A stretch of DNA of 63,503 nt, filler included, from Octopus bimaculoides (Eukaryota), in the NCBI RefSeq assembly GCF_001194135.2. It is 3 parts of 3 records of this genome, joined end to end, with 100 filler letters (N's around TTAATTAATTAA, not from the genome) between each part and the next. Parts side by side here need not be neighbours in the genome. Positions count along the whole stretch, not along the records: positions 1 to 25,332 come from NC_068987.1; positions 25,433 to 47,119 come from NC_068981.1; 1 more part is not named here. One strand, given 5' to 3'. Position 1 is the stretch's first letter; every line of letters begins with the position of its first letter. The notes beneath the pieces are model-generated. The model saw only the letters and a list, made by a program, of their open reading frames with translations. It made no database searches and was not told the origin of the DNA. Of this stretch, positions 23,211 to 36,018 are shown one piece after another. The position numbers and the translations under genes were made by a program.

Positions 23211-23539
23211 NNNNNNNNNNNNNNNNNNNNNNNNNNNNNNNNNNNNNNNNNNNNNNNNNNNNNNNNNNNNNNNNNNNNNNNNNNNNNNNNNNNNNNNNNN
23301 NNNNNNNNNNNNNNNNNNNNNTATATATATATATATATATATATATATGCATGTGTATATTTATATATGTGTCGTAGTTTGCTCGAAGTATTGTGGAATA
23401 CAGAGATAATTAATGTTATATAAGTCTTTAGCATTGTAGATTGAACATTAAATATCAATAATAGCAATAACAAAAGTATTGAAATGTTTCCTTTGAAATA
23501 TTTAAGTCGTCCTTATTTCGAGTAATATACGCTGTTTCA

Positions 23540-23900
23540 AAGGTGTTAAGAGAACAAGCAATACGTCCCATAGAACAGCACGCCGATCCTATCTGTGCGT
23601 GTGCTCAAAAGACAAGAATGAAGCAATGTCAAATTTGGTATTGTGTCCCATAGGCTTTTGGCGTGTGTGTATGAAGAACTGGGCCAGTTAATGCCATATT
23701 CTATGACTATTACCACCTCTATTGCCGTACGATACAAAGTGCTTCCAAGCATTCACACCAACTTCCAGTCTACATGCACATCTTCTGTCATGTCCATCAC
23801 CAGTCTTTCTCCTTTATTGTTCTCAGCCATGTAAGTGTTGATTTTATTCATACTGACTTCCACTGTGCTATCTCCCATAATATTCTATCTGATTGGATAT
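23540..23900 (-). mobile_element. Highly decayed LINE (RTE-like) fragment
   Basis: LYRTAIEVVIVIEYGINW resembles the LY...V..VLLYG.ETW motif downstream of RTE RT. Confidence 0.4.
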
Positions 23901-23994
23901 GTAGAACATTTCTAAATGTTACCCATTTGCGCCCCGTCGATATCTAACTTTAATGATCTCAAATTATTTGATATCTTACACAGTCTTACTATCT

Positions 23995-24268
23995 TACACA
24001 GTCATACTATCAGAACCCCAAGATTCTCCTCATTGCTTTGTTCTCAAAAATTTGGAAAAGTCTAAGTACGATTTCATTGTTGATTGAGGTCTCTGCTGCA
24101 TACACCACTAGTGACCTGACCAGTGAAACACAAGGCCTTATCAAGTCCTTTAGAGAATATATGAATTACCTATTATTCTCAGATTCTCCCTTCTTTAAAT
24201 ACCTCATCAAGCGATCTAATATCCCCCATTAGAATGACATTACTACAGAAATACTTTTTTCCACTGGT
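23995..24268 (-). mobile_element. Decayed RTE LINE, post-RT segment
   Basis: KYFCSNVILMGDI...CVSLVRSLVVYAAETSINNEIVLRLFQIFENKAMRRILGF matches RTE KYLGS...VRSVLLYGAETW...FENKCLRRILG. Confidence 0.8.
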
Positions 24269-24294
24269 GCCTGCAATCGTTACAGACTATATAA

Positions 24295-24470
24295 TGAAAG
24301 AAAGGAGATACGCACATCTCCTTTCCTCGATAGAAGTACATTAGAGATTTTGACAACACAGATGATGTGATCATTGTGAATAATCACTGTGAAACATGAT
24401 GGATAAACTGAGAAGAGAAAAGAAAGAGTTGACTTGAATATTAATATCCCAAAGATCGACATGATAAGAG
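24295..24470 (+). mobile_element. Decayed RTE LINE, RT core segment (inverted relative to neighbour)
   Basis: RDFDNTDDVIIV (from LDYADD), MMDKLRREK and ERVDLNINIPKIDMIR (from GLRINxxKTKVM), with frameshifts. Confidence 0.7.
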
Positions 24471-25245
24471 ATGTGTGAATTTCTTACACAGGTACACAAT
24501 ACACTGGTACAAAAGTAGAATATCAGAATGCTCACGATCATTAAGTATTTAGGTATACATTATCATATATGCCTATACATATATATATACATATATTATC
24601 ATATAGGGTGACTATAGCCACAGCATGCATCTCATTCAATTTAAGCTGGTTCGTTGGTTATTTTTTTGTTTTTTAGCAGAACGGTTTCTTTAATCGGAAG
24701 GTTACTGATGTTTCAGTATATACCATTGATGGTAACTGCAATGCAACTTTTGTATGAGTAGGTGAAGTACATTATGAAGACATAGCAGGAGTGCATATAA
24801 TTCGAAGAGTTTTTAAAGCTGGCGTGGGTTAGCAAAACCAGTAGCAAGTGGTAGTTTCTGATTATGAATGAGATGAAATTGTTTAAGGAAGATGATACGA
24901 CAGCCTACTTTAGGATGTCTCTCTGATAGTTACAATAGTTCTTTAACTGTTACAAACAGAAGAACGTTATCGCTTGCTTGAAGCAACGTGTACGTAGAAA
25001 ATCTGCGTGTTGTTCTGGAAGATCATAGCAATGTAGATAGAATATTGAATGTCATAGATCGATATCAAATCTCAAAAATAACAGTAACAAGGATTTTGAA
25101 ATGTTGTTTCCTTAGAAACATTTAATTAGTGCTAGAATTAATTAATTATTTCTAAAATAAGATAATTTCAATAACTGTCCTCTTGATATTATTAATATTT
25201 AATATCCACTAGTCATTATAATAGCACTGATTTTTTCCATACATT

Positions 25246-25332
<87 letters not shown>

Positions 25333-25432
25333 NNNNNNNNNNNNNNNNNNNNNNNNNNNNNNNNNNNNNNNNNNNNTTAATTAATTAANNNNNNNNNNNN
25401 NNNNNNNNNNNNNNNNNNNNNNNNNNNNNNNN

Positions 25433-25498
<66 letters not shown>

Positions 25499-25914
25499 AC
25501 TTAGAGATACATCAATATATACCAACATTTTATATATTTTTGTACGTGTGTGCGTGTGTGTATGTGTATGCATGTGTGTGTGTTTGTGTTTGTGATTGCA
25601 TGTGTATATAAATGTATGTATGCTTATATATGTTTTCACATTTACCTGTTTATTTGACATGGAGAGATGGTTTTTCACGAAGTAACAAAAGCTCTGGCAC
25701 TCGAATTAGAATACCAACAATTGTTATACAGTGATCTTTAAGAAAGTCTTGTATACTTTTACTTTTGCCCCAACTAAAAGTCAAGTCGACAAATACAAGT
25801 ACAAAACATATATACACATACGTTTGCATACATATTTATATTGAGTCAGGTAGTGAGAGTTGCAGATGTGAAGTTTTGAGCACGGCCACCTAATGGTTTG
25901 CATATGTATGTATG

Positions 25915-26271
25915 TTATTATTCAGTTTATTTCAAGATTTGTTACGAATAGAGAGAGAACCGGTTTCTAACCGAGATCCAAGTTTCATTCATTGGAATTT
26001 CAGCATCAACAACAGGGAATATTCGTATGTATGTATGTATGTATGTATGTATGTATGTTTGTGCATATTTGTATGTTTTGTGCATGTATTCCCATGGCTA
26101 TAGTTACATATCTAGACATGCTCATATAATTTCAATGATAAGCTTCTGGAAAGCTTTACAGATATTTACAGTTCCATTGATGGATTGGATCTGTAGTCAT
26201 CGAATTGACTGTCTCTTCTCTGGTTTTGAAAAGCCTAATTTCTCAAGATTGGTATTTAGGCAGTGTGTTAC
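25915..26271 (-). mobile_element. Second copy of RLE-clade LINE 3' end
   Basis: Reverse complement encodes VTHCLNTNLEKLGFSKPEKRQSIR*LQIQSINGTVNICKAFQKLII and shares ggttagaaaccggtt...ctctatt with 18340-18362. Confidence 0.8.
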
Positions 26272-26464
26272 ATAGTTCTATATTTACGAGATGAGGAATT
26301 ATTTACATTATTTACATTATTTACATTTGACGGTTATTTGTCCTCATTTTGTTTGTTGTTTACACAAGGTCTCGGCTGATATACCCTCCAGCCTTCATCA
26401 TGTGTCTTAGGGAAATTTCGAACCTGTGCTCTCATTCCTAAGGTATTTTTTGATGTTGTTGTTG

Positions 26465-26506
<42 letters not shown>
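26272..26506 (-). mobile_element. Penelope-like 3' terminal module with degenerate hammerhead-like motif
   Basis: Reverse complement: (AAT/AAC)n-aaaaataccttaggaatgagagcacaggttcgaaatttccc-taagacac-ATGATGA-aggctg-loop-cagcc-GAGAC-cttgtgt...gtcaaatgtaaataatgtaaataatgtaaataattcctcatctc. Homologous to 13011-13062 and 11324-11370. Confidence 0.75.
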
Positions 26507-26507
<1 letters not shown>

Positions 26508-26744
26508 ATTTAACTACATTTTGCTACTTTTCCTGCATCTCTATCCATTTTGTGCATCAGTTATTTGTTTGATATGTATGTATGTTTGCATAGGGTTCGA
26601 TTCTCTATGGAGGCTTGTTGACCCCTTTTTTCTGTCTTCTAAAGGGTATTTACCCGATTTTCTAAGCTGTCTTCGCAGTCTTCTTGCGTTCGCAAATCTT
26701 TAATGTAGAATAGCAACACATGCAGCGCTAACAAGTTTCATTAC

Positions 26745-26850
26745 TATATATATATGTGTGTGTGCGTGTGTGTGTGTGTGTGTGTATCTATGTATGTATG
26801 TATATATATACACATACATATATATACATATATATATAGATGTGTGTATG

Positions 26851-26913
<63 letters not shown>

Positions 26914-27005
26914 CATATACACACGCACACACATATATAGATATGTATACATACATACATACATACATACATACATGCATACATACATACATACATACAT
27001 ACATA
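26745..27005. repeat. Compound (TG)/(TA)/(TACA) microsatellite
   Basis: Direct reading. Confidence 0.95.
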
Positions 27006-27863
27006 ATGGATATTACGATGACACTAGATCTATGGGTCAGCTGCCGATATGTAATATGCCACTGTGAAACAAGTTACTCAGAAAAAGATGTGACGGCTGG
27101 ATGGTTTCTTCATTTACTATAAAATTATTGGGAAGCTGAGAAACTTCCAGCCACTCTACTACATATCGCAAAATAAAGAAATACATGGGTCAGTTAGGGC
27201 AATCAATGTCGTCAAATATAGCTTCTTAACTCCTTTTGCAGTTTGTAGTAGCAAGTAAGCGTAAAAGGCTATCGGAGAAACCATGAAGAAAATCCGTTTA
27301 GGAAAGACAAGAGGGTTTGTAAGAAGGAGAGGTTTCAGCACTTCTCTTCTGTGATGCCCTGCAGTGCTGATTGATTATATATATATATATTGAATTTCTC
27401 ACTCCTTGGAAATTTGCCAATAAGGCGGACTGATGTTATGTGACAACAGATCAATGATAGTTTCTCTTACTGCCCAGTCAAAAGTAATATTATACCTGCA
27501 GGAATATCTTTTCAATGGAGTGGACAGTCCAGCCCTACCCAATCAGTATGGAAACGATGCAGGATATAAGTACTTGCAAACTGGAATTTAGAAAGGGTAC
27601 CACGGGCCAACACTAAAAATGTGAGCGTTTTAACAGTTGCACTTATAAAGAGGGACCCACTTCAAATTAGTCAACCATCAGCCAGTGCAGTGCCAAGTTT
27701 CACATCTGCTTGATATACGCGGTGTATGAACCTAATCAACAATTCAAAAAAGGCAGAAAGTGTTTAACGTGTAGCTAGTTGAAAGAATTAATGTACGCCC
27801 TACGAAAGTTCGAATCATGTATGTGAAATAAGTGAGTACCAGACTTAGCAATAATACAATAGT

Positions 27864-28011
27864 CACAAGGACTGAAATTTAAGGGCGGGTACTATTTGAT
27901 CACATCGACCCCAGTGTTTCACTGGTACTTATGTCATCGACCCTGAAAGGATGAAAGGCAAAGTCGACCCCGGTGGAATGTGAACTCAGAACGTAGCGAC
28001 GGGCGAAATAC
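27864..28011 (-). mobile_element. SINE family B, 5'-truncated
   Basis: atcgaccccagtg...ctggtactta...cgaccctgaaaggatgaaaggcaaagtcgacc...tgaactcagaacgt. Confidence 0.88.
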
Positions 28012-28089
28012 TGGTATGTATTTCCTCCATCAGAATTAGCAATAACGTCTTGCAACTGATTTTTAACGCGTAAAGTATTGTGATTATTG

Positions 28090-29300
28090 ATAATCCACTA
28101 AAATCACTGCAGGCAACACGATTGACTGACCCCAGGTCCTTGAATGTAGATCTAATGACAAGTCTGCGGAATTGAAGACCACCATTCGTATGGATAAGTT
28201 ATACGAAGGCTAACTGTAAAGCTAACTCTTTAGTAGCGTAAATTCACCCAAGAGAGACAAAACAAGCGCATCCTGTTCTTAGAAAAAAAAATCACTAAAT
28301 TGGGTCCTGCGAATAATTTTAGAGCACATACTATAAACTTAAAGCAGACAATGGCCACAAGGACAAATTTTATGACGATTAGCTAAATGGTTTGACAAAA
28401 TACTGACTGAATACTATCTATGCTTATGATGGTATCTGTTTTGGAGTTCGATTCGATAAAGTAAACTGGCCTCCATAGAAAAAAAATCAAACATCCACCA
28501 CTTGGAGTTATAAATTCCTCGCTGTAAAATATTACAGCGGCAAAAAAATTATCGAAAGTTTTCCTCATGTCAATTTAGATCGGGATATCGACATGAATTC
28601 GATATTATTTTATTTCGAAGTACCATCTCTAATTTTCAAAATCTGCAAAATTGTATTATAGAATTAATTTCCTATTGCTTGGTTGAAAATAGTTTCAAAT
28701 CATTTTATATGCATCTTATCCTGTAATTAGAATTTGGAGTATTTCTTAATTCATCTCCAAATCGTTGAAGTCTTTCAGTGAGTCACTTTCATAACATAAT
28801 GTCGGAAGTAATATTATTTTGTTGACAACGTCCTAAAACCTCCCGTACCTGATATATGCTGCATAGCAGAATAAGCTGCTCCCAATAGTCATTAGGAAAC
28901 TTGTGAACTGTTCTTTAGGTATTTGACTTAATTACTCACAGCTCACTGACTGTATCTTTCGGTGTGTGGAGTTCAACAACTCTTTCTTGTTGTAGTTTCA
29001 ACAGTATTACGAATCTAAATGAAATACAAAGCAGCAAAGTAACTAGCAGTGGCATAATCCTGACTGATCTCTTTACAGGTTACAAGGACATTCATTTGCT
29101 CCTTCTATATGAATTACTGATATTTTGTAAGAGGCAGACTACCATTCCAGATGAAATTAGAATTACTTATATCATAACATTGTAAAAGTATCAAAGAAAA
29201 CAAATGCAACTGTGATGAGTACTGTCAAGAAAAAGTATATTCCTGCATTCTTTCAAAGTGGGAATATTATCTGGCAGAAACAATATCGTTAATGATTCGA
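28090..29300 (+). mobile_element. Very decayed CR1/L2/Jockey-group LINE RT region
   Basis: Collinear remnants TPGP, AHPVLRKK/ITKLGPANNFRAH (from HPIPKKG..DPANYRPI), FVDNV...DICCIAE* (from YINDL...FADD) and GIILTDLFTGYKDIH (from LGIILD..LSW..HI). Confidence 0.45.
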
Positions 29301-31761
29301 ATAGATTCATGAGGAGCGTTATGAGAAAGGACAAGCATTTCATACTACTTTTATGCACTCAACAGGTCAGAGCTTTTAAAGTTTCTGAATAAAGGGGATG
29401 GACATTAATATTGCTGAAGATAGTTCTCACCTTCTACAGGTCAAGAATATCACTGTGCAACGTACGGGTTCCACTTGAAACAGCTTTGGTCATGTTAAAA
29501 GTGAAATCAAGAAGGATTCGACGCAGAATTTATTGTCTTATTACAAGCGTGCATTCAATGAAACACGTGGTGGTACGTTCCTGCACTGGTGAATAGATGT
29601 ATGTCAGTTCAAATTAGCATAAATGTGTGCCAACATAGAGATATTAAAATTCCATAATTCGAGAGAATCTGTTTGTGGACGACGCGGTACTAGATATTCA
29701 TACTGAATTAGCTTTATCAAAAATGACTGACAATTTTTCGCAAGTCTACATAGCGCTTTCACGAGAAAATAGCCCAAAGGAGACAATAATCCTATAAAAA
29801 GAAAGCGTGACTCCTGTTTGCACCATCTTGGATAAAGAATGACAACTGGCAAATTCTCTTGTATGGGCTCCGCGACATAATTCGAATCTTCAGATTAGGA
29901 AATCAATATTAGAATAAAGAAATCAGTTATATTATATGAAATACGAAAAGTATATAGAATAATAAAGTATTCAAAACTAAGATCACCTTCCATGATGAAT
30001 GCATCCTCTATACATTGTGTGATTGCAAGTCATGGACTACGTCCCCAAGAAATGCAATATAGCTCATTGTTCTGCTTACAGTGCACCGTGACTTCCTAAA
30101 AATCTCGTAGCAAGACAGCGGAATCCCGTCACCTATAGCACATTATATTATTGCAAATATCACAACTACCAGACTTAATGCCACTCTTTTGTAGGTGAAT
30201 TTTTATAATGGCTTGATCAGGAAAACTATGTCAGAAAACAGTTGCTTTATAGAAAATGTTCTCAATGAGTACAAAAAAAGTAGGAAAACCAACCTGCATT
30301 TATAAAGACATCTTTAAGAACAGCCTGTTAAGTACTATATTGATCCTAAAAATAGGAATGTCACTGTCGATGTAACGACTTGCAGAACGGCAATCAGCAG
30401 ATGTTTCAGCATTATAGAACAGAAGTAAATGCAACTTTCTGATTGAAGACAAATATAAACAAAATGAAACCCGTTCAAATAGGTCGCATCTCAATAGAGA
30501 TTTAGTTATGGCAAGGCTTAACAGTAGCGTAGCTTTCAAAAGTTGTAGGATCGTTTGAAGCAGATGTTGAAGGCCATTGATATGCACATTTTAATTATAT
30601 CTATATATATGCATAATGAGTTATATATTGCCAGAATTATTGTAAGTCTTCACAAGTGAGAAACACAAGACATACTTCATCCACCAGAATGTCTGTTTGT
30701 TTGATTTGAGATACTTCCCTCCGCTATTTTCCAGTTAGGCATCCACGTCATAGTAATATTCGTATATTAAGTTAATGACAGGGGTAAAGTATGAACCGCT
30801 ATGCAAAACCAGTGCAATGCTACAGTTATTATTTCGTTGTTTGTTTGTATGTTGTGGCGGTTGCTATTTGCTTCGGAGAAAAATTTCTTCATTTGTTATA
30901 TTGAAAAACTGTAGACTTTTCTGACTATTCAGATGACTTTGCAGTAAAAGTATTTAATTTCTTGAGTCTCATTTCACATATTTCACTACCATTTGGATTA
31001 CAAAAGTATTGGTAGAACTATTCAAACAACAAAACAGACAAGATCGCATTTTCGTTTCCAAGTATGACACTAAAATTGGAATGATGCCCTTAGGTTGTTA
31101 GTTCTATTGTTCACAATATGTCACGTACTTATATTACTGCTGATTCCATTTTCAGATCAGAATAATGTACATGTCATCAACATGAAGTGAGTTAATTTGG
31201 CTATAACATAAATAACATCGTTTTGCTCTTTTCATACTAATTATGAACCCGGTCTTCTTATCAATTAGAATACGGTAGTTAATTCTTGTATGCAAGGCTG
31301 TGTTTCTGATAGAGGTGCAATTTCATCAGCAAAAGCCAGAACACTAGGGCATCTTCATTAATTTCATCATGGTCCTGAAATGCATATTTTTTATTATCTT
31401 CTACACATAGTCCAAATTTAGCTCTAATCATGAATAATAATTCGATGGAGCCTCGTCGGATGCCAGTGATGATACTAAACTTATTATTATTGCGAGTATC
31501 TGTTCTGACAAAGTCGAGACTTGATAAAACATTTTGACAATGTAAACATATAAACGTACAGTCGGGGACCATTATACATTTACATGATATTCTCTAGTGA
31601 TTCAAGATGTATGCCGCCAAATGTCTTCTCGTAGTCCACAAATAGTACTGACAGGGTCAAGCGGGAATTTATGCATTTTCACGATGTTTCTCCGTGGAAA
31701 TTTCGTCAGTGTAAACGTATATGTGTGTCTTTTTTCGCGCTTGTCTGTTTCTTTTCACATT

Positions 31762-31845
<84 letters not shown>

Positions 31846-32899
31846 TATTTTGCAAAGAGCGTATAGATATTTATACATATGAGTATGTATCAGAGTACAA
31901 ATATACATGTCTATGCACATGCATACATATATGTCTGTGTGAGTGTGAGTGTGAGTTTGTGTGTGTGCATGTGTGTGGGCGCGTGTGCGTGTGGGTGTTT
32001 GAGTGTGTGTGTTTCTTATTTGGGTGAGTATGTGTGTATGTGTGTATTCATACTGAAGTGGGGAAGTTTCAAATAACTATATTCTATTCCGATCAATGTA
32101 TATATTATATATAATTTCTATAATTTTTTTTCTTTTTGTAAGGAAATTTATGATCAATATCCTCATTTGATATTTGGGTTGCCGAGTAAATCTACTCCCT
32201 GGTTGTCTACAGTGCAGTTGCCATTATTGATTTTTGATATTGACATTCTCTTTCAGACTGTGAGTGATTCATAACGTTTGATCTGAATTTTTTTTTTTTT
32301 TTTTTAACTCAAGTGAAAAGAAATGGCTTAAACATAGAATACAACTTCAGTATTGAGAAACTGAATTGATACAATAACAGAAATTGGGCCACACAACCAG
32401 ACTGCACTCTAATAAATAAGATTGCTTCCAGGTACCCTGTACAGTTATTAGCAATAAACTCGCACGATAAGCCATGTAAATCTGAATTTGCTTCGTGCCT
32501 CGTCAGCGAGGGAAGTTTTGTTTTCCATTTCCAAAGAGGTTATAATGCATTCATTAACCTGCCACAAATAGCACCTAAAATGCTCTGAAACACTTCCCTT
32601 CCTCAAGTCATGTTGCACTAACCTTAAAAAGATGAGGGAAAACGTGGCTGTATATATNNNNNNNNNNNNNNNNNNNNNNNNNNNNNNNNNNNNNNNNNNN
32701 NNNNNNNNNNNNNNNNNNNNNNNNNNNNNNNNNNNNNNNNNNNNNNNNNNNNNNNNNNNNNNNNNNNNNNNNNNNNNNNNNNNNNNNNNNNNNNNNNNNN
32801 NNNNNNNNNNNNNNNNTATTAATACGCGTGTGTGTAGAAAGGTAGATAAATATACATCATATATATATATGTATATGTATATATGTATGTATGTATATA

Positions 32900-32933
<34 letters not shown>

Positions 32934-33619
32934 AGTATATATACTACGAGGCAAAGGATGATCAGTATTGGGCCATAGCACTATTCAATGTTAAGTGACC
33001 TGGAAGCGAAGCGAAACAAAATATGTACTACTAGAATTAGCCTATGGAAAATATTAATGGAAATGTCCCGACTGTTAGAAATTGTCGTCGTCTAAATCGT
33101 TTCCGCAAATGAGAAAATGAAATAGTCGTTTCCTACATATGGTCAGTAACTCCGTAAAGAATGATTTATTGTTGAAATTATATTCTGGGAGAAAGCCACA
33201 AATTATTGTGTGACGTTCGTGTCATTCTCTAGAGCATAAGTGACGTTAAACGCGATTAAATGGCTACCATTTAGAGTAGAAGTAAGGCTGTAAAGTTTAT
33301 GGGATTGTTTGTAATACACTGCAGTGGCGAAAAGAAATCAGCAGTGAATTGTAACTCGAAGCAATAGGTTCTACTGGAAGATAATCTTGTTCAGCCACAG
33401 GACAATCCTGGGTGAAACAGATATGGTCATATTCTTCCCAGACACGATCTACCCATCTTACTTTCAAATAATGTTTCCAAGATTAATTTACCCAAAGTTT
33501 TTTCGTAAATTCTTTAATTTTTAAAGATGGTACAATGTGGTTTTACTGGAATTTGATTGTTGTATCTAGCAGGATGTGCCTCCTCATTAGAGATTTCTTA
33601 TTCGCTTATTAAGTACTAT

Positions 33620-33815
33620 CTTTGTCTATTTCTATTTTCAGTCACGAGACTGCGGCCATGTTAAATCACCACCTTGACGAATTTTCTGTAGCTTATTATT
33701 TATTCTATCCATTTATTTGCTGAACTGCTAAGGTACGGGGACCTAAACACACCGATACCAGATGTCAAGCAGTGGTGGAGGACAAACACCGACACAAAGA
33801 CACTCATACACACAA

Positions 33816-33876
<61 letters not shown>

Positions 33877-33891
33877 CGNNNNNNNNNNCAC

Positions 33892-33928
<37 letters not shown>

Positions 33929-34133
33929 CGCATACACGCTCACACACACACACGTACACACATATATATACGACTGGCTTCTGTCCTATTCTTTCTACCA
34001 AATCCACTCACATGGTTTGGTCTGACCGAAGCTATAGTAGAAGACATTTTCCCAAGGTCACGCGCAGTGAGACTGAACTCAGAACCATGTGGATGGGAAG
34101 TTAGCTTCTTACACACAGCCACGACTGCACCTG
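33620..34133 (-). mobile_element. SINE family A, full length with internal (CA)n
   Basis: Head, internal microsatellite and tail are all present in inverted orientation. Confidence 0.88.
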
Positions 34134-34551
34134 TAGTGGGAATCTTATACTGGTCGAACACCTCCAATGGACGACTGTGTCATGTTTTAAAGACACTGGT
34201 TCAGCAATTTAACTCCATTAATGTTTCATATCGCCACATTCACTGCGACACAGACACGCACACAGATACACATAAACATATGGACGTGCATACGTCTATA
34301 CATACACTCATATATACATACATCCAATAATTAAATTCTCTTTTTGGATAATTATGCAACACAAAACACCCGTTTATATTGGTAAACGTATGCACAGATA
34401 TATAAAAACACATTCACTTATATGCATGTGTACCGGTGTTTCGAATTCTGTTAGTTTATATAATAAACACTGTAGTGGTTCGATAAACAGAGGTCGATAG
34501 AATAATTTGCCGACTGAAAATAATTACTGGTTTCTATAAACACTTGAGGTT

Positions 34552-34680
34552 GAGGTTCATGGCTTAGTGGCTAGAATGTTGGACACATGATCGTAAGAAT
34601 ATGGTTTCAATTCCTGAACCAGACAATAAATTGAGTTCTTGAGTAAAATATATCCTTTTAAGTTGCTACAGTTCCCTGAG
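34552..34680 (+). mobile_element. CORE-type SINE family C, 5' part
   Basis: catggcttagtggctagaatgttggacacatgatcgtaag...tttcaattcctgaacc...cttgagtaaaa matches 14515-14610. Confidence 0.75.
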
Positions 34681-34915
34681 GAATATATACGTCAGAAAAA
34701 CCGGTAAAGGGGCTCTGTGCTAATTACCGAGTAAAGTGACCTAATCATAAACACTTGAAGGGGCTGCTGAATTATAGCCACACTTCAGTGTCTGAAAGCG
34801 GTAAAAGAATAATAATAAATAAAATACCACTTGTCTAGAATTACTCTTCATAGATTGATATTTAAAAACAAAAATCCTTGAAAAGAGAGCTTGAAAGAAT
34901 GATATACACAGACAT

Positions 34916-34949
<34 letters not shown>

Positions 34950-34953
<4 letters not shown>

Positions 34954-35378
34954 GATCATGATACCATTAACACTGATTCTGAGGAAAGCAAAAGTTGGGT
35001 ATGTATTCAAAAGCCGCCAACAAAAAGCCAACCGTTTGTTATTCATGGATGACCTCAAACTTTATGGTAAAGAGAAGCCCAAGTCAGTTCCCTCATTGAT
35101 ACGGTGTATACCTTCTGTACTGATATCAAAATGGAGTTCGGGGTGAGAAAGTGTGGTGTATTAGTCATGAAGAGCGGCAAAATGAAATGTATTTACGGGC
35201 TAAAGATAACGTCGGAGGAGGTTATGAAGCAGACAGAAGAGACGGGCTATAAGTACTTGGGGATTTTGGAAACAGATCAATTGATGGAGAAAGAAATCAC
35301 AGAAAAATTTAAGGTGGAGTACTTGAGCAGACTGAGACTGATCCTTAAGTCGAAATTAAGCGGCCGGAAACCATCACG
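34950..35378 (+). mobile_element. R4/Dong-like non-LTR retrotransposon RT fragment (frameshifted)
   Basis: MIPLTLILRKAKVGYVFKSRQQKANRLLFMDDLKLYGK / MEFGVRKCGVLVMKSGK...YKYLGILETD...FKVEYLSRLRLILKSKLSGR are diagnostic R4/Dong RT motifs. Confidence 0.9.
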
Positions 35379-35484
35379 AAGCAGAAACTGAGAATCCGCT
35401 AAACCAATGAGAGAACCGTGTCTTAAAGTAAGCCATCTCAAGAAATTGAAAGATTATTCTTATGTTGTGTAAGATATATCTACC

Positions 35485-35785
35485 AAAAAAATGGCTACCC
35501 ACAGATGCACTACTGCAGCAACGTGTGCGTAAAATTCTAAAGAAATGGACAGCAAGATTTCTATACGAAAACTCCAAACGTGTGAGTAAAATTTTAAATT
35601 CTAATTACATATAGATCCATATTTATACAAGACATCTCTATATATGCACATTGCTGTCTCCTCGCCGTCTCTCGCTGATACATCAATAATAATTATTACT
35701 ACGAAAGAAACATCAGCAAATGCTCATGGGTGGTGTTCGGTTAAAAAAAGTAAACGCTGTAAAAATGGACCCATAACAGAATACC
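35485..35785 (+). repeat. ~300-bp unit, copy 1 of a diverged local duplication
   Basis: Collinear with 36305-36610 (agatgcac...tttctatacga...tgagtaaaattt...gatacatcaat...acgaaagaaacatc...aaagtaaacgctgtaaaaa.ggaccc). Confidence 0.8.
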
Positions 35786-35837
35786 GCAGCGAATAGTAAA
35801 CAGCATGGACGAGTGACAGCGAGCTGCCGGGTTGCTC

Positions 35838-36018
35838 TTTTACTCTTTTACTTGTTTCAGTCATTTGACTGCGGCCATGCTGAAGCACCGCTTTTAGTCG
35901 AGCAAATCGACCCCAGGACTTATTCTTTGTAAGCCTAGTACTTGTTCTATCAGACTGTTTTGCCGAACCGCTAAGTTACGGGGAGGTAAACAGACAAGCA
36001 TCGGTTGTCAAGCGATGT
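35838..36018 (-). mobile_element. SINE family A 3' half, well preserved
   Basis: tttacttgtttcagtcatttgactgcggccatgctgaagcaccgc...gagcaaatcgaccccaggacttattctttgtaagcctagtac...gccgaaccgctaagttacgggga. Confidence 0.92.

Noticed and set aside
30294-30438. Minus-strand exon with good acceptor and an MLKHLLIAVLQ signal-like stretch
   Set aside because: Stops occur in all three frames before the donor.
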